Positions 50,401-64,000 of a stretch of 64,000 nucleotides of DNA are shown one piece after another (positions within the stretch are counted from its first letter, which is position 1; each line of letters begins with the position of its first letter). Both the position numbers and the translations under genes were made by a program. The notes below the pieces were generated by a model. That model worked only from the letters and a program-made list of their open reading frames with translations, was not told where the DNA came from and ran no database searches. Source of the DNA: Haplodiscus bocki (lineage: Eukaryota); NCBI GenBank assembly GCA_965655095.1, contig OZ296651.1:58342001-58406000 (forward strand), given 5' to 3'.

Positions 50401-53400
50401 TTTTGTACAACCGAAACAGAAAAGCTCAAAACTGTCAGATAGTTCAATTCAAAAGCGTTGAAGACGTTTTTCGATACTTTCTTAACGAACACATCATGAA
50501 ACTTGATCCTTTCCGATCACTTTTTATCTAACATTTCTGCTTTGTACGAAAGCAGGCCGGTAAACAACCCCAATTTTATTTGGCATAAGAAAAAGTTACA
50601 CATTTTAATTGTACCATGTGATGGTGCAGAGAGAAAATCTCTCGTTGATATTTTATGCGCAAGAATTCACAATTTAACATGTTTTGGTCTCCCGAAGACT
50701 TTGTCACTTTCAAGTTTTTTCATCTTGGCCGCTAGATATTCAGCTGACTGGAATTCTGATTAGTTTCAGTCGAGGATTTCCAATAATGAGGTTTTAGCTC
50801 TTTGTTTTAGTGTCAATATTTCACGATAGGTTTTTCTGCGGAAAAAATATAACTTTCTCGATTTTTTTTGTCTATTTGAAGTTTTTGATACTGGAGGTTA
50901 TTCCAAACCAAATCCATAGTTCAAATCAAATTTATGGAAGACTTTGGTTTGGCTGCAGTTGGAAATTACAGAGTTTCTCAAGGTTTTTGAGCGAGAGAGT
51001 CTTTCAAGTTAAGCTATCCCATCTATTTTGATCTCTCTCTTCTCTCTGTCAATTTTAATACTATGTTTCAAAGGATGTGGCTGGAGATGGCCCATAATCT
51101 CCATTGGCAAAAAAAGACTACATTTTTTATTTTCTAACTTCTGGTTGCGGCTAGAAATTTTTTCTCTAATTTTTTTCGCGAGAGAACGTGATAATGGAAC
51201 TGTCTTTGATACTCTAGAACTTTTTGTCAAATTTCATGATCATGCAGCAGTTACGCTGAAAATTAGTAAAAATTTCAATTTTTGTATGCCGGAGGCTCCA
51301 ATGATTTGCTGATTGTTCCGATCAGATATTGTTTTTGATTTCTTTAACGAAACAAATTTCTAGTTCTCAACTTAGATGTCAGTCGAAGGTTTTGAATAGC
51401 CGAAGTCCAATACCTTGGAAGCAAAAACTGAAAGAGAGGCCTATTCGGCGTTGCAGTAACAAAGACAGACACTCCAAACTATCAGATACAATGTTTTATT
51501 AGCGGTGTTTTTTTTCAAAGGTTTTCTCCAGGAAGAACAAACGATCCAGTTTGAATGTTTCCTGGAAGCTTTGATTTTCGTCACATCCGTGAATGATGTT
51601 TCATTTGGAAAACGATGACACAATTTTCTGTTTTTTTTGGGAAGCTTTTGCCGTGAGCGTAGTTCTAAACCCTCATTGTGTATGTTTTTTTCTTTGCTTC
51701 CGATCTTGGACTGGCCTAAAATGTCAAAAACGTCATCAATTGTTACACCTATTGATAATATTTGCAGCTTTCGAATTCATATTTCTTTACTATTACGAGC
51801 TTGGATTTTTCCTTGAACAGCTTGAACACAATTATTTTTACTCCAGGAAAGCTATTTAATAGAAAGATGACGGATCTGATTCTTTTGCGCTGGAATCGTC
51901 ATGGTCCAAGATTGCCAAAAATGATATTACTTTAAACATATCAGTTTTTTCAAACTATCTTCCATAACCATTGGCTTTGCTTCTTCCATCAAGCTAATGT
52001 TTGATAGATTTTGATCGGCGGAAGGTCTTCGAATTGAACTTTTTGACTCTCGCACAATGAAAAAATTTTTCATGATCGGCCAAGGTTGCCGAGAATTGCA
52101 ATGGTTATTGTCATTGTATCAATCTTCGAAAGGAAAATTTCCCGAAGTTTTTCTGAGATACAACACTGGTTGTGAAAATGCACTAATTTTTATCTTAGCC
52201 TAATTTCAAGAGATTACAATTTAAATGTTGAAACAAGAAAATAGACGCTTGAAGTCTGCCGACAAAGTTTCATTCGGAAACAACTTGTCACATGTTCGAT
52301 GAATCCTCTCAACATGCATTTTGGGGGAAAAATCGCAGTGTGGTTGCACCTTAATCGGGTTAGTCTTGAGTTAGAAACCTTTCAAAACTAAGCACTCAAT
52401 TCAGAAGTTCTTCTGGAACTCTCCTGTTTGGGTCTTCCATTTTTTCAAAATACTTTGCGGCAACCTCTGCGCTTTGCAGACGCGCAGCAATAGCTACGGG
52501 TGTTGAACTTTGCATGTATATATGTGATATTTTTTGGTTTCGTGTTTTTACAATTTGAGTTTCCTTGTCATTCCTTCAAAAAGTTTGTTACGGCGGCCGC
52601 TGGCTAGTTCGCTGGAAGTGAAATCTGTTCTTTCGCTTACACGATGTCATATTTCGAGAATTTATTTTTGCTGCTGTAAATTACGGAAGTGGTTTCTTAT
52701 TCGAAACCTCCAGAAAAAAGTCATCAAGTGCTGCCATTGTTGAAGAAAAATGGTTTTGCTTACCATTTACTTGGGTAAATAGGCAAGAGGCACTGTTAGT
52801 GACGGTAATCTAAATAAAAAATGGGTTGATGTCAAAACTGGAAGGTAATTGGCGTCGTCAGAAAGCGTTATTACAGTGCGCGAGTTTCAAATAACCTCAA
52901 TTTGCGACACTAGCATTGATAATTGTTCAAGCGGCAGACTCCGAGAGGTTTTCATCAGATGGGTTTTCATGAGTCTGACTGCCATTTCCCACGAACTGCC
53001 AAAATGACTGGGCTCGCAGTTGCCGCCTTTTTTTTGATAATATTCAGGGTTTTGATGTAGCACTCATCTCCTCGGAACTCTTTTCTATTGGCAGTCTTGC
53101 TGTAGTGGTCAAGAAGACAAGGAAGAACTGACAATTTGAGGCTGAGCATTTTCTTAACTGGAATCAAGTTATGGTAAGACGTTTTATGAGGAAGTCTCAT
53201 TTCTGTTGACCTTCTTTTTGGGAAAACTCTTGTGAGCAGGTCTTCAACGTGAATGTTACGTTTCAGTTTTAGTATGACCGCTATCATACTGTACATTGGC
53301 TGTTCCGGATGTTTCCATCAGTGTTTTGATTGTGGGTGAAAGGCCATGGATGCTCTTCCATATGGATTTAGAGTCATGCGGTAGTCTTTGGTATAAAACA

Positions 53401-55810
53401 CTGGCGTTTGTGGCCGAAAAGTTTGATGGCATCTTCTATCTGTTTCTTTTTGTAGGATATAGCTGAATTGTTTTGCCATGTTGACTAACAAAGCCTCTTT
53501 CTGGAGAGAGTCTGATTAAAATGTTCAAAATTTGTTATATTTAAACTCATTTAGTAAATTAGGCAAAGCTGTTGAAATCCTTGTAAACGACTGTTTTGAC
53601 TCAATTCTGCTTTTGGTGTTTCTTTCAAGTCTTCTAAGTGGCTCGGTCTGATAGCGCGGCTCCTTCTAGAGCTTGATTTTACCAAAAGTTCACGGGTCCT
53701 CTCAGGTTCGTGTGTCAATTTCAGACTTCGCAGAAGCTTCAAGTCTCAATTGCTAGGCTCTACATGACAAATTAAAGTTGGGGGAGGTCCAGGCGGTCAT
53801 TGAGTTCTCCCATGTTATGTAGAGCGTAGCTACGGTTGAATAGACACAGATCGATTTCCTTTTCTTGAAGTAATTGTTTTTGAACTGCCTTTGCTTTCGC
53901 AAGGGAACGATGGATCATTGTGTTTCTTGTTTTGTTCGCCTAACCTTTTGATCGCAATTGTGAGACGGGAATTTGTAATCGTTACTCAAAGTGAGTTTGG
54001 CAGCGTCGCCTTTGTCAATTATTCAGAAATTGGTTTTTTTTACAAACCATGCTGATGTTGTTGCGAGTAGACCCGTCGAAAAGATTGAAAAACAGTATTG
54101 CTAAACAATCAGCAAAGTATCCGCAGTTCATGTTTTGCTAATTTGGTTGTTATTTCGGCCATTTATGTAGTTGGTGCTGATTTTGGGGTAGGTATATTTG
54201 TCTGTAGAAAACGGGCATTTTGTCCAGTGGTTGGACTAATTTGTCATCGTAATCGTCTGACCGCACAAGATGTTTCGACTGCTATTGGATTTTGAAATTT
54301 ACTTTCTTTTTGATTGTTTAGGTTGTGGAGGAACAAGTGTTTGCGCGCGACGTTGCAAAATAAGTTGTGAGGTAAACTAATTGAAGCTTTTCCGTTGATG
54401 CAATTGTGTCGTTTGAAGTAAGTTTGTGCGTCGAGTTTTTTCTATGCTGATGAAAAATGTTGAAAAAAGTTGTATTACTTCCAAGAATTTTGAATGAGGC
54501 GTGTGACAGTCAAAGGCTACTATTACGTACGAGTTCTAAACTAAATTTTTATAATCCAAAATTTTCTGCACTTCGAAGGCAAAATTTGCAGCCTGGTTGT
54601 CGATACCAGAGCAATTTTTTGCTGGAATGTTTTGGTTATAAATCTGTGCGGTAAAAACCTGCAAAATAGTCCTTTTGGTGGTTCTATCAAAACTTCATTG
54701 GAAATCCCATTTCTTGTCAGCTGGAGAACTGTAATTTATAAACTCTAGCATTACAAAACTCTTGTCACTCCTTGTTCATTTTTCATTTACTTCAAGTTTT
54801 TTACCAGGTATTTCGCGGACAAAACATTAAAATCACTCTCGGATTCCTTTGCGATCACTTTTTTAATCTAGACTTTATTTATGGAGAGTTGTGACTATTG
54901 ATTGTGCCCCAATGCTATCATAAGGCTTGCAATTGCTTCGTACATAGGCTACACGTGCAAACGCTTCTCACTCGATTTCCGGCAAAACTATTTTTTTTCG
55001 AAAGATCAACCATTGAAGACCTACTTATCACTCCTTTTGGCTGAAAAATTGTCTTTTGTTTCCCAGAAGTAAAGTAGTCGGCCCCTCAGTAGTTGCATAT
55101 TCAAACTTGGTGTCAATTTGGCTATTACGACGTTGTCTGAAGCAAAACAATGCGTGATATCTTTTATCGATACTCGAATTGTTCACTGAAGGGCTACTGG
55201 ATCCGCTTTGGCCGGAAACCTCTGGTTTGGAAACTGATGGTACTTTGAGGCACTGAAGTTTACCTTATCAATTTTTGTCTCGAACGATTTTTTCTTACGC
55301 TAGGGTTTTCTACGAGAGGTTTACCACCACATTTTTTGACAGCTGCCTTCTTTTTTGGCAGGCAGCAAATTTCAACTAAAATGCACGAAAGGCACTGGGT
55401 TATCCACTGCTGACATATCGATTATGTTCAATAAGTCTTTTCATCTTTTTCGAAATTTGCTGTAAGTGATACTGATCCTGGATTATTTGCTTAGCTCTAG
55501 ATAAGATCCTTGAGTCACTGAGGTTTCCAGTAAAAAAGTAATGGCATGTTTTTTTTGGAAAAACTCGATTGCCGTAAGGCTAGCGCTAATGCTTACACTT
55601 GAAGCACATTTGCCCCTTTTAAATACCTAAAATTTCAATAATTCACGAAATAAATAAAAAAATAGTTTATTTTCCAAAATTTACAAATATAAAAAAAGCC
55701 TCTCAGCAAAACGCTGTCAAACTAACAATCTACCTAAATTAAATGATTGAGTCTAAATCAATATTTTAAAACTGAAATCATCAAATTTATACAGTATAAA
55801 TTGGAACAAT

Positions 55811-56528
55811 TCAAAATTGGGACGTTTCCAAGAAAGTTCCTGACGAAATAAACCTGCTCTTTATGGAATGTACAGTGGGTACACTTCTCTGAAAATGTTC
55901 GATTTGCTCAATTGTAATTCCGGGGCAAAGACTCACATCCAATTCGGTTAAATGGAAAGAATAAGCTTCCAGATAACTTATTGCTTTGTCTGTCAGAAGA
56001 GCACAGCTAGCTAGAATTAGAGTCCGCAGAATTCTCAATCGTTTCGCAACATGCCATATACCTACAGGGATTGGAAATATTGAACATACAATACATCAAA
56101 CAAACAGCTTGTTTTCGAAGCAGTTGAATGCAATCAATTATTTTTGCGAATTTTAATTTACTACTGTCAATGATAACAATCACTCTAATGCTCAATTTGG
56201 ACATACGTAAAACCAATTGAGATTTTTGATGATCAAATGAATCATCAATTAAATAGTTATGTTTCCAATTCCCGCATACCTTCATCGTCAACAGGTGTGT
56301 AGCTCAGATTCAGATTTTCAAGCGAAGGACAATTTCGACATAAAGCTTCGACACCTCGGCCAGTTACATGTCGGCACATCGAGAGGTTGAGAGACCTCAA
56401 GTCATAGAATTTGAAGGCGTGAATAATTGCGAGATCCGTAATATTTTCACAGGCTGAGAAGTCGAGATTTTGGAGTCTTCGAAGTGAGGATAAATTTACA
56501 CCCGTGTAGAGAGGACACTCAGCTTCGT
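55811..56528 (-). CDS. Last two exons (56528-56280, 56061-55811) of a host cysteine-containing LRR protein (FBXL/AMN1-type repeats)
   Basis: LQNLDFSACENITD, LRSLNLSMCRHVT and LTELDVSLCPGIT repeats; GT-AG intron 56279-56062 splices in frame (DDEG/IWHVAKRLR); AATAAA at ~55670. Upstream exons not identified. Confidence 0.88.
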
Positions 56529-59500
56529 CTAAAATAGGGAATACCAAATTATTTCCCTTTGTAAACTTTTCTAAAAGATCACTTTGAAGTGACCACGCCA
56601 TACGAAAACCTCACATCACAAGAAATCAAAGGGTCTTTTCATCTAAAAATAGCGATATCCAGAAAGAGTCGTTTCCTATAACGCGCCCGTTCGTGCATAC
56701 GGCGAAAAACAATATCTCCAATCAGTGCTGTCCGTAGAAAAAAATTGCTTTACAACGAAACATTTCGTTTAAAAAGCTCTATCTTGAAAAATCGTTATTT
56801 TTACACAGAGGAGAAGCGTAACTTGACAACACACTCTGACTTGTCACTTAAGATCACGGATTCCAAAAGTCATTTGAAAACAGGATCGGAGATGTGATTG
56901 ACACTTTTAGAAAAACTACACTAGCTGTCAAGCAAGAGTTTGTTCGAAAAGTCAATTTGCGACAGTACCTGTCATAGGGTCTCATCTCGAAAATTTAGTA
57001 CGCCAATCATATTTTTTCATACTTTCAGGTTATTCCATTTTGCTGCCCATGTTTGTACACTAAACAACCCGAAAATGAACAAGCACCTGTCAAAAATATG
57101 CAGTTTTTGACCGCATACACTAGTATACTATACTCTCTGATGACGTCAAAAAATGCAAGTTTTGGACAGGATAAGAGAAACTAAGCGTAAGCCGGTTACA
57201 ATACACATTCTCTATTTCAGTGAATGTGTGAAAAGAGTATCGTAATTCACGACCTAATTAATTCAACACAATCCTAATCGAGATTTTTGCCTATCTTTGG
57301 CGTATAGGTGGACGAAATTCAGTTCACTTCTAGAGCAATTTCCCGAAAAAGCGTCACAGAATAGCCAGTATTACATAATGCGTCGCTTTGCGGCTGCACA
57401 AAAAAGTGGCTCAAACAGTGATATGCACCTTTCCTTCCGTTCACTGAAGGGCGACAAATCCTTTTGACAATGAGCGATGGAGGACGGTAAGTTTGATCGA
57501 AAATGATGAAGTCATATTTCTAATTTGTTCTAATTTGAATTTCAATTTGCGGTACCGGGAATTTAAAACTTCCAATTTTTATGATTTAACTGTTGCTTTC
57601 AAAATTTGAGAAGTTTTCGAAATCATTCAGGGGAACAGCACTGTCTTGAACTCCAAATTTATCTTATATGAATTATTAGCTGATTGAGAAAATCAGAAAT
57701 AGTACAACTATAATATTTTCATCATCCACTTCTGTGGCGAGGAGAGTTGAAACGACTCGGTGACGTTATAAGACACTTTGGCAGATCCCAGTTTTTGCGC
57801 CAAATTGATTGCAGGTGACCACTTTTAACTCAGTACCACTTGTTCGGATGCTTTGTGTGATTCAATACTGGGATCAAATCGAAATTAGTCTTGGTAAAAA
57901 TGAATAAAGGCATCAATAATTTTTTCTCAAAAGTCAAAGACACAACAACCTTCAATTCTGCTATACATTCCAATCTTCCCACACACGCCCACTAATATAG
58001 TAAAATACTAGCATATAGTAGAAAAAAGGTGCCAGTTAATAAATTATTCATATCATAAAAAAAAAACAAGAAAGGACAGATTCAGTGTCGTAAGGCTAAA
58101 ACACAGAGGCGAAAGTCTTCAAATTTAGTTTCTAAGACAAGAGCTTTTTAGTTCATGTTCGAAAACTACGCAAAACTTAGGCAGCCTGAAGCTCGTTCCC
58201 GTCTCATGGGCTACATTTTTAAAAAATAAAAGAATGCAGTTTGAAGAAGTCGACAGCGATAGCACACTGCATTTTTCTATCTCATGGAATATCAGACAAT
58301 AAGTCGATTTCGAGGCCAAAAGGCAAAACTCGCAATTTTGAAACTTTTTGGCTCACGCTGGAGCACCAGGAGAGCCATCATGAAAAAAACTTGCAAAATC
58401 ATCAGAATTTTCGCAAAATTCAAAACCTTTTTAATTTTGTGGGGCGCATACTCAAAAAGTTGATTTGGAGGGCAGAAGGGCAAATATCATACAAAAATTG
58501 CAAAGCCAATTTGCCGCCTAAACAATGCTAAGAAGACCATTAATCTAACAAAACATCGACCATTTTCTTCATATTCGCAAAATATATCCTCTCGTATTGG
58601 TGCTTTCAAAGCACTCGCAGCTAAAAGGCAGAACAAGAAGGCAAAAGAGCGAAAACTCAGCGAAAGTAACAAAAACTTCCCTTTTCCTTTAAACTACAAA
58701 AAACCGAGAGGATGAAAAATTGGAGAACTTCCTGCTACATTTAACTGTATCTTTGTTTCAATATTATATTAGCTTGGCCTAGAAAAGTGAGAAGGAAGAT
58801 AACAGCAAAAATTGTGAAAAAATAGCAATATTAGCTATTGCTGCCCGACATTAAAGAATCATAATGGCTTTTGAGCCACTAAAAAAACTGACTATGGAAC
58901 ATTCTCACAAAGTTGTCCCGTATTTGTCTGGATTTATCATTATGTTGTATTATTTCCGAGAAACAGCTCGAAAATGGATATCGCAGGCAAAATTGCAGCA
59001 ATTCCGTGAAAAAGTGACATTAGTTACTTTTGACCCATTTCAAATTATTGAAAGCAGCATTTCTGACAAGCACCGCTCAAGCCTAAACAAAATCATCAGA
59101 ACGAGCGGTTTCGTAATGACGTATGGTGGGTGTGCGCAGCTAAGAAAATTATTCCTTAGGCAAAAAGAGCGGTAAAAGCAAATTTAGCTAAATTGGTGAA
59201 TACAAAAAATTTGCAGGTTCTTTCGACAACAGGAACATCTCGATCTATGAGGTTTTTTATTATCGCTAATCATGACAAACCTTTTAGCTGTCTTAATGGG
59301 AAAATTATCAACCCTTTATTCGCCTTATTGTCTTTGAACAAAAATGACATCACCATTAAGAACTCTAATGAGAATGCGTTAATTGGGGAATACCATTGAG
59401 TTTGTCACGCTACGACATCTCTGCGAAAAACAAGCATTTTGGAATCATCCACCGCTCAATGGGCGAACGATTTCGAGGAAAAGTACGTGTTAGGAATCGT

Positions 59501-61419
59501 CTTCTCTCGCCATGATTCATTGGCTCTTGCGAATAATACTGGTCCATATTTGGTACCATGCTGCTGTAAAGCAATTGTAATTGTTATGATAGGCGACGGT
59601 CAGCAAAGATCGTGAAGACGGTCAGCAAAGATCGTGTTCATTCTTCTGCGGCGTTCTCTAGATCAAGGGTGGCGCAAAATTGAATTTTTCGTGAATTATG
59701 GGCCAGATTTTTCAAGTTGGTCAACTTCTTGTTTTTTGTCCAACATCAATTCCAGCAGACCGTTCTCAACTCTACATGGCATAGAAAACTTTGAATTCTC
59801 CATTGAAGGCTATAGCAATCGTGGTCTTCTATTTTTGCTTTCTTTCAATAGAAAGGGTTGGTAGTCCTTGTGCTTGTTCCATACGTGCATGGAGAATCTC
59901 CTACTAATAAAATCCGTTGCACATTAACCACAAAAACTTGTCAATTGAATTGTCCTGAGCAAAACGGAAGTGTTTTACTATTCTGGTCATGAAAGGTGAT
60001 TTGAATGCGCATCGGGAGCACCTCTTCCCTATCTTTTTCTGGTGGAATTGACGAATATGGCGTGGATGTCGGCTGTTTTGTCTGTTAGAATAAGCTTTGT
60101 AGAAGTTTTCGCAGCTTGCTTTGTTTGTCTTGCATCACTCATTTCTCATGAACTCTTCTTTTAGTTTTTGTTGAGGTTGTAAAGGAGATTTAGTAAATCC
60201 CGTTTGCTTTAAGTCTAGGGTAATTACTTCACTTAGCCTTGCCTTTTGACAATGAGCGATTAGGTGGTAAGTTTTCTCTCCGGTTGAAATTGTTTCCGCG
60301 TAGGTGCTAAACCTGCTGGTTGGTACGGGAGACGACTTGACCTTTGATTTTTGTTCACTTTTTTGTGGCGATCAAGTAGGTCTTGTTTGAGCGGGAGTTT
60401 CCATGTCTTTAATCTTTTTTTGTTCCTGCGGTTAAATTAGATCAAATGCATTTACTTGTTTGCTTTTTGCCCGTGCGTGGTTAACAGACTTTTTTTACTT
60501 GAGGCGGCTTGATCTCTGGCGATTGATGATTATTTTATACTCCTGTTTCACGAGTATTTTACCAACTATACTGAATTCGAGATTAATTATTATCAACATT
60601 TGTTCTTATTCTTCCTTCAAATCTAGTTTGTACTTACCTCACTGTTTTGTTCAAAACGGTTGAAATCATCGAATTCTCTACTCTTAATAATTTCTTTAAT
60701 TGCGCTTTTTAGCGCTCGAACAATGAACTAGCGTAAAACAAAATTACAGCAATTCATAAAGAGGTGAGATTTGGTCTATTCCGTCGACGATAAAACCAAT
60801 GTTTTGCATGTAGATTTTGGACCTGATAAGGCTTCTCATTCAAGAGCGCCAGAGATTCATCCCGAACAACAAGAAGCTTCGGTCAAGAAAAGACACAAAA
60901 TCCGACGAATTTGATAATCTGAGAACAACTCATCCACTTTCAAGTCATAACTGGAGAACTTGACAATGCCGAAACAAAAATTTGTTTTTGAACCCTCACG
61001 CGTTGTGGGGAATGACCCACTCTTCGCCCAAGTTTCAGTTCATTGCGGTTCATTGGTAGCTGCAGGGTTGTATTGATTGCGAGGTTTCGATTCATGCAGA
61101 AAAAACATCTGCTGAAAACTGAAAAGTTCAAGTCAACTCTTGAGTAAACCGGGAGGAATGGATGGTACCCCACCATATAACTTCAAGTGTAATCATCTTT
61201 AACTATGAAGTTCTAGTCTTGCATGGCGTCCTTCATTACCAGTTTTAGAAAAAAGCGTTGAACCACTAATTATAACGCAGTTTAGCTAACCAGTGAGCAT
61301 GGAGAGCACAATTGTTTGTTGCAGTTGTAAGTTATGTCCTTCAATTATGTAACTCTGTTGCGTACGAGATGATTGAAGACGGCAACAGTTCCCTGATCAA
61401 GATCATACATAATGTACCG

Positions 61420-61790
61420 TTAAGAAACATTATGCATGAAACGCATCAATTCAGGTTCTTGAAAAAATTTATAGATGGATAGTAAGAACCATAGATGTTA
61501 TGAGCAACATAGATGCAGCAGAGCCCATAGTGGTATGAGAAGGTTGCCTAGAGCGCGTGACCACTGACTTTATTCATGCCAACATCTGCATAAAATGGAA
61601 AAAAGCCACTAAAGGGTTTCCACACGGTTTGGGTTGGCAGAAGCTTATCAAAAGAAATGTGTTGTCATCTAGTGAGGTGAGAGTTGTCAGCACCAGATAA
61701 TGTCAAATTTTTAGTTGACGTATCTTCCATCTGCAGACCAAAACTGAAAGCTGAATTTAAATAATTTTCGGCATGAATGTCACAGATAAA
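61420..61790 (-). pseudogene. Possible adenain-like protease remnant of a second Polinton
   Basis: YGLCCIYVAH resembles the CG.FC..Y catalytic segment; lies downstream of the MCP remnant; heavily decayed. Confidence 0.4.
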
Positions 61791-61820
61791 AAACTTCAAA
61801 GCTCAACGAGCAGAGTCTAT

Positions 61821-62880
61821 ACAAGACGGCCGGCTACTACCGGCATATTTTGGGCTTCCCCATTTTTGTAAAGAAGGCTTTTAGAAAGATGAAAACGTTC
61901 TTTTCTCGAAAAAGCACTCTTTCTTCATCATAGTTTCATTTTTCCAACGTTCGAAGTTTCCCATTTTTTTGCCAAACAAACCACATAATTACGGCGGAAG
62001 ACACTTTTGAGAAAAAAAACCATTTGATACGCATTCTACAGCAAATTTGCCACAATTAGCGATTGCGAATATTTACCAAATTTTTTTTGAAGAGCCCATC
62101 TATCTTTCCAAAGAAGACTCAAATGTTGAACGTTTCGAGAAATCTCACTATTTCAGTCTCGGCAATTTCTGCAATCTCAAATCTCGGCAATCTTGACAAT
62201 CTGGGCACTTTTGGGTTTTTCGGCATTTTTGGCTTTTTCGGCTTCTTCGGCATTTTCGGCTTTTTTGGCATTTTCGGCTTTTTTAAGCATTGTTTGGTTT
62301 TTTGGTAATTCTGGTAATTTTGGCCATTTTTGCATTTCTGGCCAATCTGGGCTTTCTGGCCAGTCTGGCCATTTGGGCCAATCTGGCTATTCTAGCCTTT
62401 TTATCTGTTCTGGGAATTTCGCCCATTTTAGCAATTTTGGCCATTCTTGTAATTTTGGCCACTCTGGGCATTTTCACCATTTTGGGCATGTCGGCCATTT
62501 TATCCATTCTGGGCATTTTGGCCATTCTGGGCATTATAACCATTTTGGGCATGTTGGCCATTTCAGCCACTCTGGCCATTCTATCCACTTTTGGAATAGT
62601 GGACAATCTGGCCATTTTATCCATTCTGGGCATTTTGGCCGATTTAGCAATTTTGGCCATTTCATCCATTCTGGGTATGTTGGTCATTTGGTCACTTTGG
62701 TCAATTCGGCTAATCCGGCCATTTTGACCACTTTGGCAAAAAAAATTCGTAAAAAAGTCACACGAGCCAACATTATTTTTCCGCGAGCTCAATTGGCAAA
62801 CATCGAGTAAAAAAATGCACCTATGAGAGGAAGATTTTGCTTTCCATTTCTGAAAAAATGGCGCAAAATGATAAAACGTT
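61821..62880 (+). repeat. Dispersed non-autonomous repeat, copy 4, containing an expanded 9-bp array
   Basis: Family sequence on both sides of the array (ACAAGACGGCCGGCTACTACC... and ...CAATTGGCAA...). Confidence 0.8.
62160..62735 (+). repeat. 9-bp-period minisatellite (GGCCATTTT / GGCCATTCT variants)
   Basis: About 60 degenerate 9-mers; open reading frames in several phases. Confidence 0.9.
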
Positions 62881-62899
62881 CATGCCTTTTCATCCGCGA

Positions 62900-63800
62900 A
62901 AAATAACTGTCTGCCACCCTCGCGGTTGAGAAGTATGGTTTTAGAGATATTGGCGCGTTTGCGAACTCTTGGCGCAAGTAATCATTCGAAGCTTGTTGTG
63001 ATCGTAAGGTCAAAACCAAAAGACAGTGACTGACGAGCTCTGAGAACGGTACACGAAGATGATGTTGACTGAATGCCAGTGCTTCCAGCGATCTCAAATA
63101 AATATCTTTGAATATTCTCAGTAGCCAATGGAGTACCGGCAACAGGGTAAACATTGCGTTAAAGTGATAGAGGTTGAGCTAAACTTTTGAAAAAGGAAGG
63201 AGTTTGTGACCTTTCTACTAAAGAATTTTTGGTTACAATGCATAGCAATGGCCAATAGGGGACTGGGTTGGCTGGTGAAAATGTCTTCATGATTCCAGCG
63301 GATCAAGCGCGTTGTCACAAGGAAAGTTATTGGTACGGTTTCAGTGAAGCGATAGATCGCTGGCATCTTTCTTAGGGTAGTCTCAATGGCAGTGTAGGTA
63401 CTTTCTGTCCCTTAACACTCCTGCGAAAACACAAGTTTGGAAAATTCATTGAACTTTGTAGTCTTTTGCATCGGCATTGTAAACAAAACAGAACTCGGGT
63501 GGTATTCCAAAGAATGACAACCATCGGGTTACACCACTAAAGGAAGGCTTTTCGGGAGTAAAAATTTCTGCTTAGACCTGTACCTCCTAATGACAACGTC
63601 CCAGGTTGTCTAGTTTCTTCTGTCTGTGTATGCTTGTGTTGTTGAACCGGCAGGATTTCCCTCAATATGATGGTGTTAGCATTTCAACCAAGTTTTCATC
63701 TCGAGTGCCAGTGTAAAACAATTGAGAACGTACAATGAACTAATCTCCTTCTCGATGGAAATATAGAAATTTATCCCTTGGTGAGGCCTCGCTAAAATTT
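62900..63800 (-). pseudogene. Major capsid protein remnant of a second, distinct Polinton/Maverick lineage
   Basis: Across frameshifts: SGVT.WLSF...PEF...AKDYKV, YTAIETTL..PAIYRF, HEDIFT.QP..LAIAM..N, FQKF, YPVAGTP, LV(F)DLT; not alignable by eye to the 26.3-kb MCP. Confidence 0.7.
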
Positions 63801-64000
63801 CCAAAGGGCTGTGATGCCTCAACCGGTAACAAATGAAGTACGATTTTCACTCTTCAAAAGAAACTGAACCGACTTCCCGATGTCTTCTATTGCATCTGAT
63901 TGCTTTCCTCACTGCAGGTCAGCCGACCTGTTTGTTTATTGGTATAACGGATAGCTGATTTGGCTGTTTGCATTTCCGTTTTGTATCGACTTCTACTTCT

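Noticed and set aside
52967-53500. Possible RNase H remnant (NIHVEDLLTR resembling N..ADALSR)
   Set aside because: Single weak motif with no supporting RT or integrase motifs.
59595-59636. 22-bp tandem duplication
   Set aside because: Ordinary local slippage with no further structure.
62283-62792. Hydrophobic LAI-repeat and MAK-repeat ORFs
   Set aside because: Alternative frames of the stop-poor 9-bp minisatellite.

Overview
AT-rich eukaryotic (probably invertebrate) DNA made mostly of decayed mobile elements. In order: (1) a frameshifted Ty3/Gypsy LTR retrotransposon on the minus strand (1-7425, runs off the left edge) whose ~1.76-kb 5' LTR contains the first ~135 codons of gag, read in frame through a duplicated PBS; (2) an internally deleted FLYWCH-MULE transposon with TIRs and TSD (8514-10631); (3) an NNMT/PNMT/TEMT-family methyltransferase ORF (13840-14511) with a pseudogene paralog at ~37.8-38.6 kb; (4) a structurally complete but pseudogenised 18.2-kb Polinton/Maverick (adintovirus-type) provirus (15921-34086) with ~0.9-kb TIRs, a 5-bp TSD, pPolB, integrase, ATPase, adenain-like protease, major capsid, two tandem penton-like genes and several orphan genes; (5) a solo LTR of the same Gypsy family (34609-36329); (6) nested MITEs, four copies of a Helentron-like non-autonomous repeat (one hosting a 9-bp array) and the last two exons of a host LRR gene; (7) remnants of a second, different Polinton lineage at the right edge. 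No rRNA, tRNA or CRISPR seen. All calls come from motif recognition and by-eye alignment, and boundaries of decayed genes are approximate.
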